Shown piece after piece: positions 54,707 to 63,386 of a stretch of 64,000 nt of DNA. Within the stretch, counting starts at the first letter, position 1. Each line of letters begins with the position of its first letter. Below the pieces are notes generated by a model. That model saw nothing but the letters and a program-made list of their open reading frames with translations. It searched no databases and was not told the DNA's origin. The DNA is from SAR202 cluster bacterium (lineage in GTDB: Bacteria > Chloroflexota > Dehalococcoidia > Lucifugimonadales > UBA3495). A program made the translations under genes and the position numbers. Location of the stretch: contig VGZV01000006.1 in NCBI GenBank assembly GCA_016872385.1, positions 768 to 64,767 on the forward strand, written 5' to 3'.

Positions 54707-55117
54707 TCAGGCCAATTGCAGCAACTGCACGATATTGCCATCGGGGTCTTTAAAGGTGGCAACCCAGCCGCCCCAGTGCTCCTGCTCAGGAGGACGGATG
54801 AACTCCACTCCTTCCTGGCGCAGACGCAGGCACTCGCTGTGAATCTCATCCACGCCCAGGTGAGGCATAATGCGGTAGGGGTCGGCGGCTTCGCCGCTCA
54901 CCCTGCTGTGCAGGCCTACGTTTAGCCGCAACTCCCCCAACTGGAAGGCCACAAAATGGCCGTGGTGAGAGTGCACTGGCAGCCGCAACACCCTCTGGTA
55001 AAAGTCCACCATCTTATCCAGATTGCTGGTCCAGAGAGTAACGCCCACCAGGCTGGTTATCACTGAGAGGCCGTGGCGGGCTGGGACGCCTGACCTGCGG
55101 CGCAGCGGCGGCAGCAA
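54707..55117 (-). CDS. VOC/glyoxalase-family protein
   Basis: 136-aa ORF with the paired beta-alpha-beta-beta-beta pattern (VGVTLWTSNLDKMVDFY, FKDPDGNIVQL). Its 5' end overlaps the Fur-family gene by 58 nt, so the start is probably internal. Confidence 0.65.
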   Translation of the reverse strand: MLPPLRRRSGVPARHGLSVITSLVGVTLWTSNLDKMVDFYQRVLRLPVHSHHGHFVAFQLGELRLNVGLHSRVSGEAADPYRIMPHLGVDEIHSECLRLRQEGVEFIRPPEQEHWGGWVATFKDPDGNIVQLLQLA

Positions 55118-55512
55118 CCGTAGAAGTCCACCCTTTGCCAGCCAATCTCAAAGTTGGCATCCCGCGCAACCTGGTTCTTCAGCCGCACCACCGCCTGGTG
55201 CCCCTGCTGGGCATCCACCACGTCGCCGCACTGGACACATACCAGGTTAACGTGGGGGTCCAGGTTAGGCTCATAGCGGGATACCTTCTGGAAGGGAAGC
55301 TCCTGGATCAAGCCGCTCTGTTCCAGCACGTCCAGGGTGGAGTAAATGGTGGCCAGGGTCATGGAAGGAAAGTGTTGGCGGACCCGCTCGTAAATCTGCT
55401 GCACCGAAGGGTGGTCAGAGGAGTTCAGCACCGCCTCGGCAATGGCCAGCCGCTGGGGAGTGACCCGGACACCCCACTGGCGCAGACGGGCAGCCAACTG
55501 TTGTTGCATCAT
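55060..55512 (-). CDS. Fur-family transcriptional regulator
   Basis: VTPQRLAIAEAVL...TIYSTLDVLEQSGLI winged helix, then CVQCG...CRRC metal site. Confidence 0.85.
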   Translation of the reverse strand: MMQQQLAARLRQWGVRVTPQRLAIAEAVLNSSDHPSVQQIYERVRQHFPSMTLATIYSTLDVLEQSGLIQELPFQKVSRYEPNLDPHVNLVCVQCGDVVDAQQGHQAVVRLKNQVARDANFEIGWQRVDFYGCCRRCAAGQASQPATASQ

Positions 55513-55595
55513 GGCAGCACTCCTCCGTGAAGAGGACTGTTTCCTGCACTATAACGCTGAGGACTGCGCCTTGCAACTTGGGGGTGGTTGAGCAG

Positions 55596-55726
55596 CAGGG
55601 CCTTTTGATTCTCGGCCCGCTCGTCGTGGCGCCCCGACGAGTCGGGGCGCGCCCTGGACAGGCCCATCAGCCGCAGGGCAGCCACATAGGTCTGCCCCTA
55701 CCTTCAGAGACAATCGAAAGACCCTG
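55596..55726 (-). mobile_element. MITE-like element family G, copy 1 (131 bp)
   Basis: Flanked by identical 10-bp GGTTGAGCAG at 55586-55595 and 55727-55736. Terminal inverted repeats CAGGGCCTTTTGATTCTC / GACAATCGAAAGACCCTG. Internal hairpin CGCCCCGACGAGTCGGGGCG. Confidence 0.8.
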
Positions 55727-55744
55727 GGTTGAGCAGCAGGCCGC

Positions 55745-55773
55745 TTGCAAACCCAGTGCCGCCGGTCTATCCT
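55745..55773 (+). promoter_or_regulatory. Promoter candidate (TTGCAA-17 nt-TATCCT) for tRNA-Ser
   Basis: Hexamers at 55745-55750 and 55768-55773. The -10 ends 11 nt before the mature tRNA 5' end. Confidence 0.45.
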
Positions 55774-55784
55774 GGGAATGGGTT

Positions 55785-55875
55785 GGAGAGATGGCCGAGC
55801 GGTTGAAGGCGCCGGTCTCGAAAACCGGTATGGGCCTTTGGTCCATCGTGGGTTCGAATCCCACTCTCTCCGCCA
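55785..55875 (+). tRNA. tRNA-Ser (anticodon CGA)
   Basis: Acceptor GGAGAGA/TCTCTCC, anticodon stem CCGGT/ACCGG with loop CTCGAAA, long variable arm, T arm GTGGG-TTCGAAT-CCCAC, discriminator G, encoded CCA. Confidence 0.9.
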
Positions 55876-55996
55876 GCCTTGTTTCCTCCCAGTGCCAGCC
55901 AAGTCATAGCCAGTTCTCCAGCCAAACTCCATTTCCAGCCAGGCCAATCGCGCAGCCTAATTTGCCACGAATTCAGAATGTGAGGTAACCACAACA

Positions 55997-57145
55997 ATGC
56001 CAGGGAAAAGGATAGTCATTATTGGGGGCGGTTTTGGCGGTGCAGCCGCGGCCCGGACTGCCCGCCAGTTTTGGGCCGCGACCACGAAGTAACCGTAATT
56101 GATCGCAGCAAGCAGGCCTACCTGTGCGGTTCTTTTCCCCTGCTCATCGTGGGAGAGCGGGAGTCCAACAAGGTGCGCCGCTCTCTGGGCAGCCTTACCC
56201 GCCGCGGCGTCCGGCACCTGGAAGCCGAAGTAGAGAGCGTGGATACCTCGTCCCACACAGTGACCACTTCCGCAGGCAAGCAGGAGTATGATTACCTGGT
56301 GCTGGCCTCGGGCGCAGTTTATGACTGGGACGCCGTCCCTGGGGCCAGGAACGCCTACTCTTTCTACAATATAGACACGGCCCGCCGCCTGCGCCGCAAG
56401 CTGGCTTCTTTCCGCAATGGCCGGGTAATTATTGCGGTGGCCTCATTGCCCTACAAGTGCCCGCCTGCGCCCTTTGAAACCTCGCTGGTGCTGGACTGGG
56501 CATTTACGCGCAGCGGCGTGCGGCGGGACGTGGAAATCCACGTTTTCACGCCGGAACCCATGCCCCCTGGCAGTGGCCGGGCCCCAGGCGGGCGCTAAAC
56601 TGTTGGGCGACATGCAGGCCAGGGGCATCCAGCCCCACACCAACGCGGCGATTAAAGAGGTCTCCAGAGATGGCCGCCAGGCCCTGTTCAGCGACGGCTC
56701 CACCCTGGATGCAGACTTGGTTATCACGGTGCCCACTCACCGGGCGTCCCCCCTGGCGCGGGCAGCGGGGCTGGCTGGGCAGTCTGGCTGGGTAGATGTC
56801 AAGCCAGACACCCTGGAAACCAGGGTGCCCAATGTCTATGCCATTGGCGACGTGAACAATGTCCCCATGGCCAATGGCCGGGGCATCCCCAAAGCTGGCG
56901 TGTTTGCTTCCGCCGAGGGCGAGACCGTGGCTCGCAACATCGCCGCCGCGGTGCTGGGGACTCCGCCAGCCAAATTTGCCGGCGAGGGCTACTGCTTCAT
57001 TCTGTACGGCGGAAACCAGGCAGGGTCCATCCGCGGCCAGTTCCTGGCGGCAGAGCGGCCGGTAGTGAACTTGCAGGGGGCCAGTCCTGAAGGGTATCAG
57101 GGCAAGGAGCAGTTTGAAGCGGACTGGCGCGCATTCAGAATATAG
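55997..57145 (+). pseudogene. Sulfide:quinone-reductase-like FAD/NAD(P) oxidoreductase interrupted by two frameshifts
   Basis: The protein is split over three frames: MPGKRIVIIGGGFGGAAAARTARQ (55997-), LGRDHEVTVIDRS...HVFTPEPMP (56071 frame) and LAVAGPQAGAKLL...YAIGDV... (56432 frame). The junctions fall at a TTTT run near 56059-56062 and a CCCCC run near 56563-56567. Confidence 0.7.
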
Positions 57146-57221
57146 GCTGAATTAGCGGCGCAGGATTGCGCCATCCGGGGCATCCCAGCCAGTACGGGAT
57201 GCCCCGTTTATTTGCGGCCAG

Positions 57222-58247
57222 CTACTTGGCGGGATACTCTATCCGGTACACCTTCGCCGCCGTATCGTGGAACATGGCGGCTCGCTCCGTGGGCGAGTAG
57301 CCCTTGGACAGCCGCTTGAAGGCGTTGAACAGCACGTGGTAGGAAGATGATACCTTGTCCGGCGGGAAGTTGCTTTCAAACATGCACCGGTTGGGACCAA
57401 ACTGCTCAATGCAGTAGTTCATGAGCGGGGCCAGACTGCGGGCCAGCTCTTCGGAACCGATGGGCTTTTCCCGGGTATGCCAGTCAAAGCCGGTGCGGGT
57501 CATGCCAACGCCGCCCAGCTTGCAGTAAACGTTGGGGCACTTGGCTAACTCGGCAATGTTCTTGCGCCAGGCGCCCATTACCTCTTCGTCCTTGTTGGCG
57601 TAAGGGCCAACCCGCATCAGCCCGCCAATGTGGTTGAGCACAATGGTCAGGTTAGGCACAGTCCTGGCCAGGTCCGCCAGGTCGGGAAGCTGGTGAAAAT
57701 ACATCCAGCCCTCCAGGGACAGGCCCATCTTGGCCAGTTCCCGTGCGCCAGCCCGGAAGTTGCTGGAGGTCATGATGTTTTTGGGCTGCCTGCTTTCCAC
57801 TTCCGGGTGGGGGTCCCAGTTCACCGAGTGGCGAATGCCGCGGAAGCGGTTGGGGCTGGCGGCCTTGAGGGCATCCAGGACTGGCTTCACCTTCTCGCCC
57901 AGTTTCAAATCGGCATGGCCCACAATGGCGGCGGCCACCCGGCAAGGGCCGTACATCCCGCTGGCGCTGGCGGCGGCCAGCCCCTGCACAAACTCCACCT
58001 CTCCCACAGGCTTCATCTCCACCGGGCCGCTGGCGCGGTACATGGAACGGGCTTCGATGAATACCGTGGAGCGGATATTGTGCCCGCTGTTCACGTCGGC
58101 GGCCAGCTCGTGCAACAGGTAGCGCTGGTAGGGGATTCGCTCCATCCGCATGTCCCAGAAATGGTGGTGCGGATCGCAGATGGGCAGTTCGGGTTCCAGG
58201 GTCGGTTCCTGCGTCAAGGCCAGCCAGTCGTTCCCGCCGTAAGGCAT
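57222..58247 (-). CDS. Amidohydrolase-2 (TIM-barrel metal-dependent hydrolase) family protein
   Basis: ATG at 58247 preceded by GGAGGAG. ICDPHHHFWD metal-binding motif. The longer ORF to 58412 has no support. Confidence 0.8.
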   Translation of the reverse strand: MPYGGNDWLALTQEPTLEPELPICDPHHHFWDMRMERIPYQRYLLHELAADVNSGHNIRSTVFIEARSMYRASGPVEMKPVGEVEFVQGLAAASASGMYGPCRVAAAIVGHADLKLGEKVKPVLDALKAASPNRFRGIRHSVNWDPHPEVESRQPKNIMTSSNFRAGARELAKMGLSLEGWMYFHQLPDLADLARTVPNLTIVLNHIGGLMRVGPYANKDEEVMGAWRKNIAELAKCPNVYCKLGGVGMTRTGFDWHTREKPIGSEELARSLAPLMNYCIEQFGPNRCMFESNFPPDKVSSSYHVLFNAFKRLSKGYSPTERAAMFHDTAAKVYRIEYPAK

Positions 58248-58421
58248 AAAGGCTCCTCCAGTGCAACATTTAAAAGTACGGGTACATAATACCGCAAAGC
58301 GGGCTGGGCGTCTGTGGGCCAGCTTGGTTGCACCGCCTGCTGGCGACAAAGAATAACTGATAAAGGCTGCTATCCATTGGCAGCGGGGTCTGGAACGACC
58401 CCGCCCTGTCACCTCATCCCC

Positions 58422-58552
58422 CAGGGTCTTTCTATTGTCCCCGAATGTAGGGGCAGACCTATGTGTCTGCCCTGCGACTGATGGGCCTGTCCAGGGCGCG
58501 CCCCGACGAGTCGGGGCGCTCCTACCAGCGGGCCTAGACTCGAAAGACCCTG
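58422..58552 (+). mobile_element. MITE-like element family G, copy 2 (131 bp, inverted relative to copy 1)
   Basis: Flanked by identical 10-bp CCTCATCCCC at 58412-58421 and 58553-58562. Ends CAGGGTCTTTCTATTGTC / GACTCGAAAGACCCTG. Confidence 0.8.
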
Positions 58553-58570
58553 CCTCATCCCCAGCGGCTC

Positions 58571-58599
58571 TTGACGCACCCTGGCTTCCCGTGTTTAGC
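58571..58599 (+). promoter_or_regulatory. Weak promoter candidate (TTGACG-17 nt-TTTAGC)
   Basis: Good -35 at 58571-58576, poor -10. Upstream of the TPP-enzyme gene. Confidence 0.2.
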
Positions 58600-58709
58600 T
58601 TCCCCCAGCAGCGGGTCCCTCCTTTCCAATTTGCTTTTCGGAAAAGGTTGCTGGCCGCTTCTGCTCAATCACTCATCCCAGGAATGAACTTGGCTAAGAT
58701 TAGCCCCAG

Positions 58710-60389
58710 ATGAAGGAGGACTGCCCGATGGCTATAGATGTCGCTACTGGCATCGCCCGCATTCTCAAGCAAGAGGGGGTGGAATGGGTGTCCACTTTCC
58801 CGGTCTGCCGGGTGAACAATGCCCTGGGCCGTGAAGGCGTGCCCATGATTATGATGCGCGACGACCGTTATGCGGTGGCGGTGGCCGATGCTTATTCCCG
58901 CATTACCGCCGGAAGGCGCATTGGAGTATGCACCTTTCAGGGCGGCATCAACGCCGCCGGTATGCAGTACGCTTACCCTGGCATGGCCCAGGCCTACGAG
59001 GACGGCTCCCCGGTGCTGTGCATTACCGACGGCGTGCCCATTGGCAGTTCCGGAAATAGCCAGTTTGACGTTACTTCCAGCATGAAGACCGTGTCCAAGT
59101 GGTTTGGGTACGTTGATAAGCCGGAGCGGCTGCCCGAGTTCATGCGCCGGGCGTTTACCATGCTGCGCAGCGGGCGGCCTGGCCCGGTAATCCTGGCCAT
59201 TCCCGACACTTCCGGGACCTACGATGAAACGGCTGACCCATACATGACGGTCAAGGGCTGGAAGGCGGCTCCGGACCCAGAGGATGTGGCGTTTGCGGTG
59301 CAGTTGCTCCTGAAAGCCCGGAATCCCCTCATTTACGCCGGCGAAGGCGTTATCTACGCAGGGGCTTCCGCCGAGTTGAAGGCCTTTGCTGAATTGGTCA
59401 ACGCGCCGGTGATAACCACCCTGAAAGCCAAGGGTGCTTTCCCGGAGAATCACCCCCTGTTTGTGGGCGTCCGCGGCGACCACGTCTCCGACTACCTGGC
59501 CAACAGCGACCTGATCCTGGCGGTGGGTTCCAGCCTGTCGCCAGGCCGGTTCAGCCACGGCATTCCTGGCGCGGTCAACAAGACCATCATTCACTGCATC
59601 GTTGACGAACTGCACGTGAACAAATCCTATCCCACGACCCAGGCAATTATCGGCGACGCCCGCTACACGCTTCAGGCCCTAATCCGGGAGGTATCCGCCA
59701 GCACCGCCGAGGCTGGGCGGCCAGCCGGGAAAGTGGCCGCAGAGGTGAAGGCCGCCAGGGACGCCGGAATGGCCAAGTACCGGGAACTGATGCGCTCCAG
59801 CGACAAGCCCATTAACCCCTACCGTGTCTACGGCGACATGATGAAGGTGCTGGACCCACTGAACTCCTTTGTCACCCATGAATCGGGAAATACCCGCGAC
59901 CAGTTGAGCACAGTTTATGACACGCTGGTGCCCCGGGGGTTTCTGGGCTGGGGCAACGTTTCCACCCTGGGCTTTGGCCTGGCTGCGTCCATAGCGGCCA
60001 AACTGGCCCAGCCGGACCGGCCCGCAGTTACGGTCACTGGCGAGGCGGGCCTGGGCTACATGCTGGGCAACCTGGAAGCGCCCTTGCGCCAGAAGCTGGG
60101 TATAACCATTGCCCACATCAGCAACGGCGGGTTCGCCGGTTATGGCCCCGGGTTCTGGGGCCAGGGCCACGACCCCTTTACCCACAAGGTGCTGGGGTAC
60201 GACGAGGTGGACATGTCCAAGGTAGTTGGGCAGCTGGGCCTTCACTCGGAACGGGTCACCGAACCCGCGGAAGTAATTCCCGCCCTGCGCCGCGCCCTGG
60301 CCGCCAACCAGTCGGGGCAGCCGTCCTACATTGAGTTCATCTGCAGCCAGTACCCAGTGTACGGCCGCTGGGTGGGCCGGCAAGACTAG
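58710..60389 (+). CDS. Thiamine-diphosphate-dependent enzyme (acetolactate synthase / sulfoacetaldehyde acetyltransferase-like)
   Basis: 559 aa with three-domain TPP-enzyme layout and TPP-binding region VTGEAGLGYMLGNLEA...NGG. The start could be the ATG at 58728. Confidence 0.8.
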   Translation: MKEDCPMAIDVATGIARILKQEGVEWVSTFPVCRVNNALGREGVPMIMMRDDRYAVAVADAYSRITAGRRIGVCTFQGGINAAGMQYAYPGMAQAYEDGSPVLCITDGVPIGSSGNSQFDVTSSMKTVSKWFGYVDKPERLPEFMRRAFTMLRSGRPGPVILAIPDTSGTYDETADPYMTVKGWKAAPDPEDVAFAVQLLLKARNPLIYAGEGVIYAGASAELKAFAELVNAPVITTLKAKGAFPENHPLFVGVRGDHVSDYLANSDLILAVGSSLSPGRFSHGIPGAVNKTIIHCIVDELHVNKSYPTTQAIIGDARYTLQALIREVSASTAEAGRPAGKVAAEVKAARDAGMAKYRELMRSSDKPINPYRVYGDMMKVLDPLNSFVTHESGNTRDQLSTVYDTLVPRGFLGWGNVSTLGFGLAASIAAKLAQPDRPAVTVTGEAGLGYMLGNLEAPLRQKLGITIAHISNGGFAGYGPGFWGQGHDPFTHKVLGYDEVDMSKVVGQLGLHSERVTEPAEVIPALRRALAANQSGQPSYIEFICSQYPVYGRWVGRQD

Positions 60390-60398
60390 GCACCGCTA

Positions 60399-60526
60399 AG
60401 AGCCTGTGCCAAAAGTGCCCGCTCATGGTTCGACAAGCTCACCATGAGCGGGCTAAAAGCTACTCATCCTTCGACAAGCTCAGGATGAGCGGGCTGGGTA
60501 GACCGCATTTCTCACACAGGCTCTAA
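60399..60526. repeat. Family C element (double hairpin) with terminal inverted repeats
   Basis: AGAGCCTGTGCCAAAAGTGC...GCATTTCTCACACAGGCTCT around CCCGCTCATGGTTCGACAAGCTCACCATGAGCGGG and CTCATCCTTCGACAAGCTCAGGATGAGCGGG. Confidence 0.75.
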
Positions 60527-60542
60527 CAGAATGCCGAACCTG

Positions 60543-60647
60543 TCACCCTGAGTCCTTCGGCTGAAGGACGAAGGGTCTGGGGTAGTGGGCGTTTGCCCCG
60601 CCCCAGATTATTCGTCATCCCGATGATATCGGGACTCCTCAGAATGA
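60543..60647. repeat. Family D palindromic repeat
   Basis: GTCACCCTGAGTCC...GGACTCCTCAGAATGAC ends. Inner hairpins GTCCTTCGGCTGAAGGAC and ATCCCGATGATATCGGGA. Confidence 0.7.
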
Positions 60648-60924
60648 CGCCCCCCGTTTGTTAGGCACTCTTAATCTGGGCAATCCAGTTATCTCCATCT
60701 GCCTGGCCTCCGTTGTCATCAACGCATATCCCTCACAGAAGCCAGGCTCCCCAAACTCTCTGCTGCCAAAGCCCCAGGCAGCGGTCTCCAGCGCTTCACC
60801 CCAGTGTTAGCCGCCCCTGCCAGTTCAATGCAGGGATTCATTCCCATCCGCACTTGCACTGCGGGTCTTTTAATAACATGAGTCATCCCGAATTTTCGGC
60901 CAGATTTGTAGGGAGAGGGACCAA

Positions 60925-61010
60925 CCTGGTACGGCCCCGTCATTCCATCCTCCGGCTGAAGGATGGAATCCAGTTGCCGCTCTGGGTTCCGGCTTCCGCC
61001 GGAACGACGA
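60925..61010. repeat. Fragmentary repeats related to families D and F
   Basis: CATTCCATCCTCCGGCTGAAGGATGGAATC and GTTCCGGCTTCCGCCGGAAC hairpins. Confidence 0.55.
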
Positions 61011-61135
61011 CATAGTCGCCCTGGACTTGGCCCGGGTTGGTGCAGTTGTCATTCCTTGCTGTCAAACTCTTGGATGACTCATGTTTACGAGAAATTATAT
61101 AGGTGATTAGCCTTTATATTGAAGATTCAAGATGA

Positions 61136-61164
61136 TTGACAAAGTAGTGTTCGGATACTATCAT
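61136..61164 (+). promoter_or_regulatory. Sigma-70-like promoter candidate (TTGACA-17 nt-TATCAT) for the SBP gene
   Basis: Hexamers at 61136-61141 and 61159-61164 in an AT-rich spacer about 115 nt upstream of the ATG at 61280. Confidence 0.4.
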
Positions 61165-61279
61165 TCCCATACGTTTACGCCATGGGTTCTGGCGCGTCAT
61201 TTACCTGACAGGCGGTATTGACCAGGCATTACAAACACCACAACACGGCAAATTTGGGCAATGCGGAGAATGGAGAGTT

Positions 61280-63138
61280 ATGAGTCACCCTTATAAAAGG
61301 CTAGGGGCCAAGTTCACCACGGTGGCTGCTTCATTGCTGATTCTCCTGCTGGCCGTGGCCTGCGGCGCCGCCGCCACCCCCACTCCTGCGCCTGCCGCCA
61401 AGCCCACTCCTGCGCCTGCCGCCAAGCCCACTCCTGCGCCTGCCGCCAAGCCCACTCCTGCGCCTGCCGCCAAGCCCACCGCCCCGGCTGCGCCAGTGGC
61501 TGCGCCGCAAGCCACCGCCGCGCCCACGCAGTGGCTCCGACCGCCGCGCCGGCAGTCAATCCGGGCAAGGTAAAGTTGCTGGTGGGCGACTTTGGCTCCG
61601 AGCGGTTTGACACCAACTATGGCTCCACCGGCAAGGAGATACGCAAGAACTTCCACGGCCACCTGACTGCCTGGGACCAGGTGGATGGCCGGATGGTCAT
61701 CGTCCCAGGCATCGCCAGCAAGTGGGAACTGTCCAATGGCGGCAAGACCACCACCTACACCATACGAAAGGGGGCCAAGTTCCACGACGGGACGGAGATT
61801 ACCGCCGAGGACGTGCTGTGGACCCTTCAGCATGGCATTGGGTCCCAAGCCAGAGGATATTCCAAGAGTTCCCCCGGCATCACCTACTCCACCATCATGG
61901 ACAAAATTGAGCAGACTGGGCCTGACCAGGTTAGCGTAACCACCAAAATCCCGTCCCCCGAGTTGGTGGTCTACATCTCGGAAAACGAGGGGGGCGCCAC
62001 TCAAGGCCAGGTGCTTCCCAAGCGAGCATCCCTCCACGATGAAAAGGACGTGACGGATTTTGAGGCTAAACCCATTGGCGCCGGCCCCGGCAAGGTGGTG
62101 AAGCACGTCAAGCTCCAGTCCATCACCTTCGAGCGGTTCGATGGTCACTTCTACCAACCCGCCAACGGTTTCCCTGTGGATAAGCGGTACAAATTCAAGG
62201 AGTTGGAGCTGGTGCAAATTCCAGAAGAAGCGACCCGGGCGGCGGCCATACGGACTGGGGAGGGGGACATTGCCGCCATCAGCCTGGCGACGCGGAAGCA
62301 AGTTGAAACTGGGGGAGCCCGCGTGATTTTTAGTCAGGAAGCAGTAATCATCGAGGCTTTCCAGTGGGGGTGCTTTAAGCCCCAGTACCCCTGCTCCGAC
62401 AAGCGGGTCCGCCAGGCCCTGAACTACGCCTTTGACAAGAAGGTGCTTCAGGAGCGGCTCATGGGAGGGCCTGAAGTGATGGAACTACGAGGCTGGTGGG
62501 TTATCACCCCCAGCACCATCGGCTACAGCCCGGAGTTGGCCCCCTGGCCCTTTGACCCCAACAAGGCCCGCCAGCTTTTTGCCGAAGCGGGGTACAAGAC
62601 CCCCACCAACCCCGGGGGCAAGGATTTCGGCAAGCTGGTGATCAACGCCAACCAGGACCCGCTGATTGCCCCCCTGATGGAGTCGGCGCAACTGGTAGGT
62701 GACTTCTGGAGCCGCGAGCTGGGGATAAACGTGGAAATAAAGACTTGGGACAAGGCCAACTTTACTACCCAGCGCGCCGTCGCCTTTGAGCAGTTCGACG
62801 GAACGATCTCTTGGACCGCCCAGAACACCCGGTTAGATGCGGGGGGCGTCACCAGAAACTACCATTTGAATCTCCAGAAGGGCGGTCCCTCGGCACGGCA
62901 CCACGCTGACCCGGAACTGTTTGCCATAGTGGAAAAAGCCTTGACCGGCATTGGTCAGGAGGGGTACGAGAAGAACCTCAACAGTATGTACCGGCGGCTG
63001 CGGGAGGAAGCGTATGACATATCCGCCGGGGGGTACATCAACACTCCCTACGCCGTGGGGCCGCGCATCAAGTCCTGGCAGCCCTACCGGGTGGCCGAGT
63101 ACGCCTCGGCCCTGCATACCATCCAGCTGGCTCCGTAG
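61280..63138 (+). pseudogene. Family-5 (peptide/nickel-type) ABC substrate-binding lipoprotein, apparently frameshifted after the linker
   Basis: ORF 61280-61573 encodes a lipoprotein signal (LLILLLAVACG) plus a Pro/Ala linker, then runs out of frame. The SBP body (KVKLLVGDFGSERFD... to 63138) is in another frame and has no signal peptide of its own. Confidence 0.65.
61379..61474 (+). repeat. Perfect tandem repeat, 4 x 24 bp (CCCACTCCTGCGCCTGCCGCCAAG), encoding (PTPAPAAK)4
   Basis: Four identical units counted directly: 61379-61402, 61403-61426, 61427-61450 and 61451-61474. Confidence 0.9.
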
Positions 63139-63297
63139 CTGATCCTATATTGCCAAGCATGGGATTGCGAAGCCCCAGCCCTCACCCTTGGGGTAGGCTG
63201 GGGCTTTAATTTGTTCCAGAACTGCCGGCCAGGGGCAATGCCTTGTGTTCCTGCCTGGAATACGCCCAGCAGAAATTCTTGAAAAATCTGTTAATGG

Positions 63298-63326
63298 TTG
63301 ACAGGCACTCAAGTGAGTCCCAAAAT
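63298..63326 (+). promoter_or_regulatory. Promoter candidate (TTGACA-17 nt-CAAAAT)
   Basis: Hexamers at 63298-63303 and 63321-63326, 60 nt upstream of the ATG at 63387. Confidence 0.3.
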
Positions 63327-63386
63327 CTGCCTATACCATTGGGCGCCCGCCAAAACAAGAGCCACACAAAATGAGGAGAAACTGCC

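Noticed and set aside
55596-58552. Composite transposon formed by the two inverted family G MITEs around tRNA-Ser, the SQR-like gene and the amidohydrolase.
   Set aside because: Each MITE has its own different, perfect 10-bp duplication. No shared duplication exists outside the pair, and no transposase lies between them. These are therefore two independent insertions.
60713-61015. ORFs 60713-61015 (+), 60719-60943 (-), 9761-10072 (-), 39078-39338 (-) and 40103-40327 (-) as small proteins.
   Set aside because: They are composed of repeat or riboswitch DNA (translations of the PAEAGI, SFRRKPE and PLxKGG type) and have no ribosome-binding sites or coding-like composition.
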